This document shows positions 30,740-43,400 of a DNA stretch of 64,000 bases, in pieces. Position 1 is the stretch's first letter; each line of letters starts with the position of its first letter. A program made the translations under genes and the position numbers. The notes beneath the pieces were generated by a model that was not told the origin of the DNA, made no database searches, and saw only the letters and a list, made by a program, of their open reading frames with translations. This DNA comes from Eukaryota sp. TZLM1-RC (Eukaryota > Protista > Metamonada: BaSk clade), in the NCBI GenBank assembly GCA_040285825.1, contig JAUPSS010000007.1:830501-894500 (forward strand). Direction: 5' to 3'.

Positions 30740-32840
30740 TTTATTGTAACCATTTATATAAAGAATCAAATAAAAACAAAACAAACTAAAACACATAAGA
30801 AACTAAATTCTCCACGCCAACTCTTGATGAATCCTTATAAAGTTTAGACATCATTAAACTCAAGTACTTGGGAACACTTCTGTACAAAGCGAAAATGATA
30901 CGATTTTTCCATAAATTCTCTGCAAAATTCTTACCAGTTGAACGACATAAATTACCAAAATCATTGATGAAATTCAAGGCGGATTGTCCAATATTGCCAA
31001 AAATCGAAAAGGCAAAAGGAACAAACGAAAACTTCGAATAAAGGTTCTTATTTAAATCATTTAATATCTCAGTATATTTCTCTCTTACGATCTTCAGCCT
31101 TGTTTAAATGACCATTAGTACTAAGTAAAACATCATCGCGATAAACAAAAGCAAAGGGATCAACTGTAGTGAAATCAACAACAACTTGAGAGGAATCCAC
31201 AAAAGGAGCAATTAAATCACCTCGACGTGAATTAAAAAGATTATCATCACTATAATGCTTCAACAAAGGTTCTACTTTGCAACTAAAATTGTAACACTTG
31301 AACATCTCATATGTCACATCAAAAACGGCATTATGAAGAACTGACCTATATTGGAGAAATTTCTTACAGCTCACAATATGACGAAAATTGGCAGTAGGTT
31401 TTTTGTTACAAATACAATAAGAATTGTCCAAAAGACCACTTGGATACATCCCTAATCTCAACCGCATGTTTTGTTTCCAAGCTTCATTTGTTAAGTGAAG
31501 ACCAAATGGCCTTGGTTGCTGAGATATTAAACTAGTACAGTTCTGAATGTCTGCTAAAAAGGCAGCAAGGACGGGATTATTAATCTTAGTCACACTAAGT
31601 CGTTTAGAAAAATCCAGGTCTTCAAAACCAATAAGAACAGACTTCTGTAATTTCACAACAGCAAGATGAAGATTGGTGAAAGATTTCGAAGGCACAGCAG
31701 GCAAACTTGAAGGAAAACTCCTATTCCAAACATCAACAGGTAGTTCTTGCACCATTTTGTCAAGAGAAATTAATAAAGGATGTGATTCATTCAAAGGAAT
31801 ATGATCAAAACGAAGTTTCCATTCAAAAAGAAAATTTTTCATACCACCAATAAAAGCACTTTTCCATAAATACTCTGCTTTTGAAAAACCAACTCCACCA
31901 AATTTAGGACTAAAAAATGCATGATAAGGAATTTTAGATGGACAAACTTCTACTAAATTTCCTAAGAAATTTGTTCTCAAAGTATTGAATTGACGTGCAA
32001 AATAATGAGAAATTGTGGGAGATAAAGAACGAAGAAGATCATTAATTTTTATCCAAAACACACATTTAGGACCGAAAACGCTAAATGTTTGTCCATTTTT
32101 AGATCTTGAATAGCCAAAAGTTGCTCTTCGATTTTTTCCAAAATACCTGACAAAATCGATTTAACTTTTTCACTATTTCCAAAATAAGATCCAAGAAACC
32201 GAATAGCATCTTCCTCGTAATCAACGTATTTGATAAAAGTTTCATTAAATGCCACCTCCGCATGCTGATTACCAATAATGAAACACTCGGGCAATTTAAT
32301 GTCTAACCCTATTTCTTTGGCCAGAAAAACAACATGTTGTAAACCGTGTTGTAAAAGAGACAAAAATGCCAATAAGTGATAAATCATCTGCATAAGCACA
32401 TATATGAATGTCAGGAAAATCCGACTTAAATTTTACCAAAACTGATTGCAGTGCTAGGCAAAAGAAAAATGGACCCAATGGATCCCCTTGTTTGACCCCT
32501 CTTGACGAAACAATATTCTCAGAATGAAAAATTAAGTTAGAGGGTGATCCATACATCAATTTAAAATACGGCAAAAGTGGAGGATAGTGTAGTTCAAGTT
32601 CTTGCAAAATACTGGAGCGAAAAACGGAGTTGAAAGCATTTTTAAAATCAATGTTCAATAAATAATTTTCGCCTTTTTGATTGAAAAGTAAATCTGTACA
32701 CAACGCAGCACATGTTGTGCCATCAGGAATTCCGATAGCAAACTGATAAGGACGAAAATAATTAATTGCGGATGACTTAACTCTTTTAAAAGAAATAATT
32801 GCTAATAATCTCGTTATGGACTCACCAACAGCAATAGGTC
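30740..32840 (-). mobile_element. RLE-type non-LTR retrotransposon, family D, 5'-truncated and frameshifted
   Basis: IDFKNAFN, GVKQGDPLGP, YADD, CIC..HIVSC, LHNAVFD, RRGDL. Confidence 0.88.
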
Positions 32841-33204
32841 CCCCAATAGGTCACCAACAGCAATATAATAATATATTGCAATTATTATGTTTTTGAAAAC
32901 GCAATATTTTGCAATAAATCAAATTGGTATCTGGTCATTACACATCGTCATGCCAAAGAGTTGCCAAAATTCACAAAATTGCTTCAAATTTTGCGACATC
33001 AAAGCAGAACTATGATACAAGGGAAATGAATTTCCAAATTTTGTTTAGTTGATAGAAAAGCCTGTTTTTTGAACTCATAGACAAAATAATCTGCAATAAC
33101 AATAATCTATTTTCTTAAAATTGAGCTTCGCAATAAAAAAAAGTAATAAAAACAATTCCAGTCACTGTTGATTGCCCTCGAATAATTGCCACTACATCAT
33201 CCTC

Positions 33205-34719
33205 ATGACATTATTCATTTCTCAAGAGAGTTTTCATGACGCTGCTCACCGTTCTGTTCCACCCTTAGCAACCGAAGAAGCAGAAGTTTTAGACAACTCC
33301 CTCTTTGGTGACAACCACATTATCACTGGCATTGAAAGTGAGGATACTCTCACAGATGAGCAGTTCTCAGCTGACGAACGTCCCCGCTCCATAATTAAAG
33401 CTCTCCTGAAACAAGTCCGTCCTGGTGCTGACCTCTCTCGCATTACTCTTCCCACATTCATCCTTGAACCCCGTTCCTTGCTGGAGAAGCTCACAGACTG
33501 CCATGCTCATCCATACCTCCTTTCAAAGGTCCGCCACATCAACCACCCGCTAGACCGAATCATTTCTGTAGCCCGTTGGTACTCTTCCGGCTTCCACACT
33601 AGACCTCGTGGTGTTAAGAAGCCGTACAATCCTCTTCTAGGTGAAGTTTTCCAAGCTGAATGGGACGTCCAAGGGTCAAAGGTCCAGTACACTGCTGAAC
33701 AAGTGTCCCACCATCCTCCGGTCTCTGCCTTTTACCTCTCCTCTCCCAAGGATGGCTACTCAGTCGAGGGTTCCATCAAGTTCAAGTCTCAGTTCTTGGG
33801 TAATGCTGCTGCTGCTTTAATGCTTGGTCATGCTGACGTGTCACTTTTAGGAGATTTTGGAGGAAAGTCAAGCGAGGTCTATAGAATCACGTTTCCAAAA
33901 TATGTTTCTAGAGGGGTTTTAGTAGGTACTCTGTTTATGGAGCTCAATGGGAATTGTTCAGTAGAGGGGCTTGATAATAATTTAGTTGTCAATTTTGAAT
34001 TTAAAAAGAAGGGCATTTTTGGAGGTCAATCTAAACTTGGCCTTGTCGAAGGGTCAATAATGATTCGTCCTCCTCTTGATTCTACAGGAAAAGCCCAAAA
34101 AGATATTGAAATCGCAAGAATTCATGGTAATTGGATGTCTGAACTGAACATTGAATGGTTAGTTCAAAATCCCCACAAGTTATATGACGAAGTTGTTAAT
34201 TTCAATAGAGATAATTCAGCAGAATATTCGGCTTTTTTAAAACACATTAGAAAATCTATTTTAAAAACTCCTGTTTGCCAAGAACCTCTATTTAATGTTT
34301 CTGCTTTCCCGCCATTGAAAAAGTCTGTCAAGGATGTGAATGATCAAGGTCAATGGGAATCTCGAAGACTTTGGAAGAATTTGACAAAATCATTAAAGGA
34401 GAATGATTTTGATTCAGCCACCATGCACAAGTCTGCTCTAGAAAATGAACAACGTTCCCGTCGTTCTCAACATTATGAACGTCTTGATGCAGAAGGTATC
34501 TCTCACGAAGAGAGCAACTGGCATACACCTTGCCTTTTTGAAAAAACCACTGTATCAGCTGATGGTGTTGAGGTATGGGTTCCTAAGAAGAATGTTCTGG
34601 AAACTGGAGATGTTGGCGGCGAGGAGGTTGAAGGGAGTTTGGAAGAGTTTTCTGGCTTTGAGTTTGTTGATAAGGAATGGGTTGAGAAGTGGAGGGAATG
34701 TAGGCAAATGTTGGGTTAG
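33205..34719 (+). CDS. Oxysterol-binding protein (OSBP/Osh family)
   Basis: DLSRITLPTFILEPRSLLE, KKPYNPLLGEVF, signature EQVSHHPP, ESRRLW. First ATG at 33205. Confidence 0.95.
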   Translation: MTLFISQESFHDAAHRSVPPLATEEAEVLDNSLFGDNHIITGIESEDTLTDEQFSADERPRSIIKALLKQVRPGADLSRITLPTFILEPRSLLEKLTDCHAHPYLLSKVRHINHPLDRIISVARWYSSGFHTRPRGVKKPYNPLLGEVFQAEWDVQGSKVQYTAEQVSHHPPVSAFYLSSPKDGYSVEGSIKFKSQFLGNAAAALMLGHADVSLLGDFGGKSSEVYRITFPKYVSRGVLVGTLFMELNGNCSVEGLDNNLVVNFEFKKKGIFGGQSKLGLVEGSIMIRPPLDSTGKAQKDIEIARIHGNWMSELNIEWLVQNPHKLYDEVVNFNRDNSAEYSAFLKHIRKSILKTPVCQEPLFNVSAFPPLKKSVKDVNDQGQWESRRLWKNLTKSLKENDFDSATMHKSALENEQRSRRSQHYERLDAEGISHEESNWHTPCLFEKTTVSADGVEVWVPKKNVLETGDVGGEEVEGSLEEFSGFEFVDKEWVEKWRECRQMLG

Positions 34720-35457
34720 GAGATTTGTTTGATATTTTTGGTGTATAAAGGTATTTTATTTTTTTGATTTATTTCACAAGCCATTATTCTATTAAAATAT
34801 TTTAAAAATTTCAATATTCCAATTTGTTAGTCTTGTAGTGGTCCACCATCTGATTTGAACATTCAATTTGCTGAAAATTCAATTCACCCAAAGTACACGA
34901 TTAGTACTAGTTCTATTGATCAAAATCCCAATCAGCTTGTTATACAACCCCTCTGTGAGCTAGAGCTAAGAGTCCAATTTTTAGAAGATCTCCTACAAGA
35001 ATTCCCCAAATGATAACCAAAGCATTGTTACAGTTAGGAATAGTGTATGAAAATCATGGGCTTAAAAGATTTGATGATGTTGATGCATGTATTGCGGAAA
35101 TTGAGTTCTAGTTGGTTTTAATTTATTTAATAATAATATTAATTAAATGTTTTATTAATTGTTTTATTTTTTTAAAAAATAAATATGTATTCTTATTGAA
35201 GAATATGACAAAATGGATGGTCGTATGAAAAGACATTGCAGCAACATTTGGTTTGGTATTGAGAAAACTGTTGTGATATTAGATTCGAAATTGTGAAAAC
35301 ATCAATTCTGAACCCAAAGGTATTTATCTTGAGCTGATCATGGACCGAGAAAAGGAAAGAAGCCAAAAAAGGGGGATTTCCTAGACATCAATCTCTTATT
35401 ACTATTTCATGTAATGAACACTAGACATGTCCTAAAATCAAAAAAAAATAAACAAAC

Positions 35458-36729
35458 TTAGAACAATTTTTTAAATTTTTGTCCTTTTTTAAATTTTTTA
35501 ACATCCATACTTTCCTCTTTCGATCGAGCTTTCTTCTCTAACACTTCAGCAAAAGTTGGTCCGTCCACCTCTACGTTACTCACGGCAACAACTTCAGGTC
35601 TCAATCCAAGACCCTTTCTCTTTGAAGGAATTGACAATTCAGAACGGTCAATCACACCAGAAAACTTCAACAGTTCCGCTCTCCTCATCTCTTCAGCTAT
35701 CTTTGCTTTACGTTGAATCTCAAGTTGTTCACGTTCCTCCATGTGCTGTCTTGCCTTCCGCTCTGCTAGAAGACGATCAAATTTTGATTGAAACTTACTC
35801 ATGACATCATCACAGACGATTCCTTCTAGTTTAACGTCAACAAAAGTAATTGAGGAAAAAGCGCCACAAATTTTACCAAAATTTTGTACCACCAAATCAT
35901 TTGTATTACAAATCGTCTTCTCTGTCACTCGTAATGATATCCTGTGAGGCAAATGGCAAAATCCTCCATAATGTTCAGCTAGTGCCCTCAAAAACAAAGG
36001 TTGTAGAAAACAAAAATTATTATTTCGTCCCATTAATGAAAAGAAAGATTGCGGAGATGATGTGTGGTGACGTGGCGAAGGTCGATCCAAGTCCATCATC
36101 CCGTGCCATTCATGCTGAAGTTGTTCCAATAGAAACATTCCAAAAGAAAAGTACTGAGATTCGTGTGATTCTTCTCTAACCACCCTATACACATCAAGCT
36201 CATCATATAAGCGTTGCAGACTGACCAGAGGACAATAGAAGGGCGTCACCCTGTCGTAGAGGAAGATTTCAGTGATGGAAGGGTCGAGTGGGCAAAAGAA
36301 AGAAGCTAGTGAAGAATTGGAATTACTACTACAAAGAATAAAATCCAGTTCACTCCCAATTGTGATGGGATCTGCGTAATGTATCAGTAGAGGTCTAATG
36401 TCATGGAAGTGATAGTATTTTTTACACACAACACAGGATGTTAGTATAGAATCATAAGAGTCAAAGGTTTGGTTTTCAAAAAATACAAGCTTCAAAAGAC
36501 ACGGGAGACAAGCATAATGTCCACAATTTGATATAAATGCAGCTAATGGTTCTTCGAGGCATATAGGACAATGTATAGGTGAAGAAGTGACCAAGACCAC
36601 TTCCTTTACAGATGACCATGGGGGATGTTTGGAATCTGTAGGAAGAGGATGAACACGGAGGCGCATGTTAGAAGGGAAGTAGGATGCAGGTAAACGTTCA
36701 TAAGAGGGGTGCTCTGTGTCGCTAAACAT
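35458..36729 (-). CDS. C3HC4 RING finger protein, RNF10/Mag2-like
   Basis: CPICLEEPLAAFISNCGHYACLPC...CVVC; FLQPLFLRAL..HYG....LP; C-terminal coiled coil and KKGQKFKKLF. Confidence 0.75.
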   Translation of the reverse strand: MFSDTEHPSYERLPASYFPSNMRLRVHPLPTDSKHPPWSSVKEVVLVTSSPIHCPICLEEPLAAFISNCGHYACLPCLLKLVFFENQTFDSYDSILTSCVVCKKYYHFHDIRPLLIHYADPITIGSELDFILCSSNSNSSLASFFCPLDPSITEIFLYDRVTPFYCPLVSLQRLYDELDVYRVVREESHESQYFSFGMFLLEQLQHEWHGMMDLDRPSPRHHTSSPQSFFSLMGRNNNFCFLQPLFLRALAEHYGGFCHLPHRISLRVTEKTICNTNDLVVQNFGKICGAFSSITFVDVKLEGIVCDDVMSKFQSKFDRLLAERKARQHMEEREQLEIQRKAKIAEEMRRAELLKFSGVIDRSELSIPSKRKGLGLRPEVVAVSNVEVDGPTFAEVLEKKARSKEESMDVKKFKKGQKFKKLF

Positions 36730-36804
36730 GTTGGAAGTCGAAGCAAAATGAATTGCACTTCCTTATATAATATCATTCCTTCTTCGATAGCAGAGTCGTT
36801 GTAA

Positions 36805-36948
36805 CAGAGTCGTCGTAGTTTTCAGGTATCACATCGTTTGTCATTTCAATTATAAATGTGTTTATTTATTGTTTGTGAGTCATTTTTTCAATTGATTTTT
36901 GCGGTCTTGTGCAAAGGTTATAAATTATTACAAAAAGGAACATGATCA
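36805..36948 (+). repeat. ~144-bp dispersed repeat, copy 2
   Basis: Similar to 21648-21791; preceded by a partial tandem copy of its first ~14 bp. Confidence 0.85.
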
Positions 36949-37389
36949 AAATAAAATTCTATGAAAATGTTATGAACAAGTAATTAATTGTAATTTTTTT
37001 TAATTGATTGTGCATTGTGTTGTACTTGATGTTGCTACAAAGTAGTTTTCCCATCAATATGTAGTTTTTCCCTTAGCCCATTCACCTTTTCAAGAGACAT
37101 GCAATCTTTGCTTGATAGTGATCAATTTTCATTCCTATCAATGAATGGATGAAGGAATGAATGAAAGGTCATCAACAGCTAGTAATATTTTACCAGAGCC
37201 TTGCAATGAGGACATGGCTGACATTGTTAAAAGTTTGAGAATCTATTTTCGGTGATTCTGGAGATGAAGAAGGAGAAGCTGAATGCATTGAGTAATGAGA
37301 GTCATCACTAGAGGTAAATTCACAGTCAAAGAGAGGGCAATTCATTTTTTGTGGTTACACCATTTTTTAACTTTCACAAATTTAATAAA

Positions 37390-38189
37390 TTTTTTTATTT
37401 ATTGAATTTGCACACTTAATTAAATTAACTCATAACTATTGGGACGACTATGATTTGAACCAAGATTTCCTCTACAAAATCTTGATTTGCTTGCTGTCTA
37501 GCTAAAGCTTCTCTAATTCGACTGAAAAACCGAGGTAATCTATTAATAATGGCAAATTGAATCCGTGAACGCCATAAAAAATATTAAATCTTTTCATTGT
37601 TTTTTCTTGCACCATTTTTTGGAAGTCATTCAAAAAAGTTTCTGCTTCAACTGATAATCTTCCATTTATCGAAAATGGGAAAGCAATAAAACCAGCTGTG
37701 TATTTCTATCGACATTAGCCTCTTCAACATCTTTATCATATTTTCTATGTTTCTCTTTTGCCTTAAAATCCAGAGCAGCCACAGGATTAAGTTTTCTTCT
37801 GTGAACCAAATTATCATTTGCAACATTACATGAGACAAAGTCAACAATAGCTTCAGAATTATCAATCCAATCACAGTATACATCACCTCTATCATCAGAA
37901 CCATAATTATTCAATGACAGTGTTTCCTTCAGCAGGGGCTCATTGATACACGATATCCTTGCAGTTTGTGCCATATTGAAAACAGTGTCCCTAACAGCAT
38001 CATGTATTGAAAAACGATGAGTTATCAATTTGGAACAATTCAGAGCATGGCGCAAAGTGAGTTGAGGTGAATTCGAACAAATACATTGTTCTTTTGATAT
38101 TAATTGGTTAATGGGGATATTCAAATATAATCTCATTTTTGTTACAAATGCTTCATTAGTGGCACACAATTTAAATCTTCGTGGTACAA
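37390..38189 (-). mobile_element. 5'-truncated family B non-LTR element
   Basis: CICSNSPQLTLRHALNC, HDAVRD, DDRGDV, and the family B 3' UTR. Confidence 0.9.
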
Positions 38190-38255
38190 ATTTAATTCAA
38201 TTCGGGCTTTATGATTATATACGTATAAATAACAAGCATGGAACAACAAAATTAC

Positions 38256-40430
38256 TTGAATTACTCGCTGCACATCTGATTGCCTTAGTAAAGCCTGGAA
38301 ACGGAATCAAACCTGATGGAATACGCCCAATTGCTGTTGGTGAATCTCTTTCACGTTTGCTAGCATCAATTGTCTTCGATCGTGTCAAAGACAAAGCTTC
38401 TACATTTTTGAATCCTCATCAATTTGGAATCAAAACAATTGATGGTGCTTCTGTTGCTGCTATTGCCTCTGATACCTTTTTTAATGCAGAGGGAAATAAT
38501 TTGATTTTTAATCTCGACTTTAAAAATGCTTTTAATTCTGTAAAGCGAAAAGCAATTTTTGAAGTTATTAAATCTGATTTTCCTGAGCTATCGAGTTTTT
38601 TCTACCATTTTTATGGGAAAGAATCAGATTTAATTTTTAATTCATTTGGTTTTGAATCAATTTCTGGTGTAAAACAAGGTGATCCTTTAGAACCATTATT
38701 GTTCTGTTTAGCTATTTACAAAACTGTAAATATCATTAAGCAAAAATACCCTTCTATAAAAATAGTTGCTTATATGGATGATATATCCTTGATTGGTTCA
38801 TTTGATTTACTAGAATTGTTTGTTAAAAAAATGAGCGATTCATATTAAAATATTGGGCTTCATCTTAATGCGAGCAAATGCCTTCTCATTGGCTCTTCTG
38901 CTCAAGATCTCGTGATAAATGATTCTATTGTCCCCTTTACTGATCATAGTAGTGATGCTTTTGAGTTCATTGGTTGTTGGTTAGGATACATTCCTCAAAT
39001 TCAGAATGAATTACAAGTTATTTTGGAAAAAATGAAAATTGAACTTGATTCAATTTCTTCTTTAGATATAGAAAAACATATTAAATTTTTCATGCTTAAA
39101 ATTTGCTACACTGGGAGAATAACCCACATTTTGAGATCTTGTGCTCCTTCCATAGCATTAGATTTTTGTCGTTCATTTAATTCATTGAGAACAGAATTTT
39201 TCGCTGATTTATTGGATGTAGAACCAGGAATGTTGAAAAGCCATTTATTTTCTTCAGCAAATTTGGGTGGTATTGGTTTTACTAAATCTTCAATTTTGTG
39301 TCAATCAGCATTCTTGGGTGGTGGCAAAAATTTTATTTATGAATTTTCTCGTAGATTTCCTGATGATTCTCATCTGCTAGTTCCCAGTTGCAGTCGATAT
39401 TTGAATGAGTTATCTTGTGAACTTGAAAAATTGCCACCACAAATGTGGACCAAATATTTTCCTCAATCAATTCAGGAAATTCCAAACCGATCTCTTTTTA
39501 ATTTACAGTTTTGCTGTAAAAAGCTTCAACAAAAATTGTCAAAGATTTTTGAAAGCTTGGACTTTGATGTTAGACTTGGCTTGGCCACGAAAACGAATCC
39601 CGCTTTTGCAAATCTTTTACAAGATATGTGTGACAGTATTTCTTCTGCCTTAGTAACAACAATTCGTCAAGTTTATGGTACTCTCTTAACCGATTCTGCT
39701 TGGACTCTCAATATGAGATTTCGTTCCTTTATCTGGCCTGATAATTTACCTCATAATTTAATTTGTAAATGTTCTCGAGAAATTACAACTACTCATTTGT
39801 TAAATTGTAAACATTTTATTACTTCTAGAAGCAAGGTTCTTGATGCTGTGAGAGACCAGTTATATTGTATGTGTAAGTCTCATAGAATTGAATCCTTCTT
39901 GGAACCTCTGTTGTCAAATTTGTTTGATGCTGAAAATGATTTTCATAAGAATAATAGAGGTGATGTCATATTACCTGGATTAGATGGAAGCTTCATTTTA
40001 TTGGATGTAATGTCTGTTGATCCTTGTAATGCCTCAAATGAGAGGCTTGTTAATTCTGAAATTCATAATCCCCTTTCAAATGCTGAAAATTTTAAATTCA
40101 AAAAATACAATGAACCTTTGTCCAAATTGGCCAGTCTACAGCATGCAAAATACAATTTGTATCCATTTGTATTTTCCCTTTTCGGTTCACTTGCACCAAC
40201 TGCTTTACGATTTTTGGATGATTTTGAAATGATTGTAAAGAGAAGAACTGGCAGAAATTTCAACAGATTGTTTTGGCAAAATAGAATTGTGTTTTCTATT
40301 TTTAAGGGGATGTTGAAGATGGTTTCTGATGCTTTGCTTTCTCTTGGATCTCACTATGAGAGAGTTGCATCTAGTGTTTTTGTTTTGGGAGAGATGGATT
40401 TTTTAGATGTTGATTTATAGGTTTAATAAT
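38256..40430 (+). mobile_element. 5'-truncated family A non-LTR element (premature TAA at 38846)
   Basis: Matches the 1122-aa ORF from ELLAA.LIALVK to the C-terminus. Confidence 0.92.
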
Positions 40431-40431
40431 T

Positions 40432-43400
40432 TTTTTTTCTTCCTCTACATATAACCTTTTCGGTTATCAAAAAGAGACCTCGTGGTAAGTCTGCCGGACT
40501 TTCTGGTATTACTATTGATCATGTAAAAGCCGCGATTATTTCTTCAGAAGATTGCCTTGGTTTATTGACCAAATTTTTCAACCAAATATTATCTGGTCAA
40601 CGCAAGTACCCAGAAGAATTAAGAAGTTCTCGTTTGACTGCACTTGTCAAAAATTCAAAAATGGATGTTCGTCCTATTGCAGTCTCTGAGAGCTTACATA
40701 ATATTTTTTCTGCGTGTTGCTTAAGCAGGTTCAATGAAAAAGCTAAAAAGATTTTATTACCCTTTCAAAATGATTGCATATATGGATGATGTTGTGCTTA
40801 TTGGTGAATTAAATATTGTGAAAAAAGCAACTGTATGTTTCAAAGAATTATTTACCAAAATTGGTCTCCGACTTAATTTACTTAAATGTGTTTTGTTATC
40901 GAATTCTCCAGTTTCCACAATAATTGATGATATTGAAATTCAAGCCAAATTATATTCAATTGATGCTATTCGTCATTTGGGTTCGTTTTTAGGAAATAAT
41001 GATGAAATTACCAAAAAATTGTTTGAAAAGTTGAACTCAATTTCTGACAAAATTGACCGAATGATGAATTTAGATATAAAAAAACACATCAAATTTACCA
41101 TTATAAGACTGTGTTTTTAGTTCCAATTTTAATCATATATTTCGATCTACAAATCCTCTCGTCACTAGACCTTTGGCTCAAAAAGTTTAATGAGTTACGT
41201 GCAAAAGTTCTGTCTCAATTACTGGGATGTAAAATGTTTCAAATTCCAGATCATGCTTACCTTAGTCCACAATATGGTGGTTTAGGGTGGACGAAGGCTT
41301 CTATTCTTACCTCGTGTGCTTTTTGTTGGTGGATGCAGAAATGCAATCTTTGAGTTCTCCGAAAGATTTGCAGATTGGGAAGATTTATTGATGACAACGC
41401 AAAGTTCCACTGTTTTTGCATTAAATGAAGAAATTTCAAGAATTGATGTAGAAAAATGGGGTCGATGTTTTCCCCAATCATTCAATGGCAATATTCCAGA
41501 AAAAAATGTTTTAAATTTGAAATACACTCTTCGAACATTACAGAAAAAGATTGACTGGAATGTATGAAAAAGATCTTTATAATAATATTTGCAGCTCGGC
41601 TGTTTTAAATCAAGATCTTCACTCATTGTTATTGGAAAAGGGTGTTTGTGAAAACAAGGTGTCAGATTCCTCACTTTTTGTAACCATTGTACCACGAAGA
41701 TTTGGATTGTGTGCTACTAATGAAGCATTTGTAACAAAAATGAGATTATATTTGAACATCCCCATTAACCAATTATTATCAAAAGAAAAATGTATTTGTT
41801 CGAATTCACCTCAACTCACTTTGCGCCATGCTCTAAATTGCTCTAAATTGATAACTTATCGTTCTTCATTACATGATGCTGTTAGAGACACTGTTTTCAA
41901 TATGGCACAAACTGCAAGGATATCGTGTATCAAAGAGCCCCTGCTGAAAGAAACACTTTCTCTGAATAATTTTGGTTCTGATGATAGAGGTGATGTATAC
42001 TGTGATTGGATTGATAATTCTGAAGCTATTGTTGACTTTGTCTCATGTAATGTTGCAAACGATACTTTGGTTCACAGAAGAAAACTTAATCCTGTGGCTG
42101 CTCTGGATTTTTAAAAGCAAAAGAAAAACATAGAAAATATGATAAAGAAATTGAAGATGCAAATATCGATAGAAATACACAGCTGGTTTTTATTGCTTTT
42201 CCATTTTCGATAAATGGAAGATTATCAGTTGAAGCAGAAACTTTTTTGGATGACTTCCAAAAAATGGTGAAAGAAAAAACAATGAAAAGATTTGATATTT
42301 TTTTATGGCGTTCACGGATTCAATTTGCCATTGTTAATAGATTACCGCGGTTTTTCAATCGAATTAGAGAAGCTTTAGCTAGACAGCAAGCAAATCAAGA
42401 TTTTGTAGAGGAAATCTTGGTTTAATGATAGTCGTCCCATTAGTTATGATTTAATTTAATCAAGTGTGCAAATTCAATAAATTAACTTACCCTTTCAATA
42501 TGGTATAAATACTACAGATGGAGTCTCTTCAGCGATTTTTGCTACTGATGTCTTATTTCGTCAAAATGAATCCAATGTTTGCATGTCATTGGATTTTAGT
42601 AATGCTTTCAATTCGCTAAGTCGTCGCAGTATCCATGGTGCTCTATTGCAATATATGCCAGAATTAATACCATATTTTCAATCAACATATTGCACATATT
42701 CTAATTTACATTTTGGTAACAACATTTTGATTTCATGAAGTGGCGTAAAGCAAGGAGATCCGTTAGGACCTCTTTTGTTTTGTTTGGCCATTCATCCTAT
42801 TCTACTGCAAATTCAAGAGATGTTTCCTTCACTAAAAATGATTGCATATATGGATGATGTTGTGCTTATTGGTGATTTAAATATTGTAAAAAAAGCAACT
42901 GTATGTTTTAAAGAATTATTTACCAAAATTGGTCTCCGACTTAATTTACTTAAATGTGTTTTGTTATCGAATTTTCCAGTTTCCACAATAATTGATGATA
43001 TTGAAATTCAAGCCAAATTATATTCAATTGATGCTATTCGTCATTTGGGTTCGTTTTTAGGAAATAATGATGAAATTACCAAAAAATTGTTTGAAAAGTT
43101 GAACTCAATTTCTGACAAAATTGACCGAATGATGAATTTAGATATAAAAAAACACATCAAATTTACCATTATAAGACTGTGTTTTAGTTCCAATTTTAAT
43201 CATATATTTTGATCTACAAATCCTCCCGTCACTAGACCTTTGGCTCAAAAGTTTAATGAGTTACGTGCAAAAGTTCTGTCTCAAATACTTGGATGTAAAA
43301 TGTTTCAAATTCCAGATCATGCTTACCTTAGTCCACAATATGGTGGTTTAGGGTGGACGAAGGCTTCTATTCTTACCTCGTGTGCTTTTGTTGGTGGATG

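Noticed and set aside
38111-38255. Novel N-terminus on ORF 38111..38848, and a weak LIQFG similarity to the Fanzor
   Set aside because: The ORF start is antisense family B sequence read into a truncated A copy; the 65-bp spacer is too short to assign.
40757-40780. Internal deletion in a family B element
   Set aside because: Better explained as a nested insertion with the 12-bp TSD TTACCCTTTCAA.
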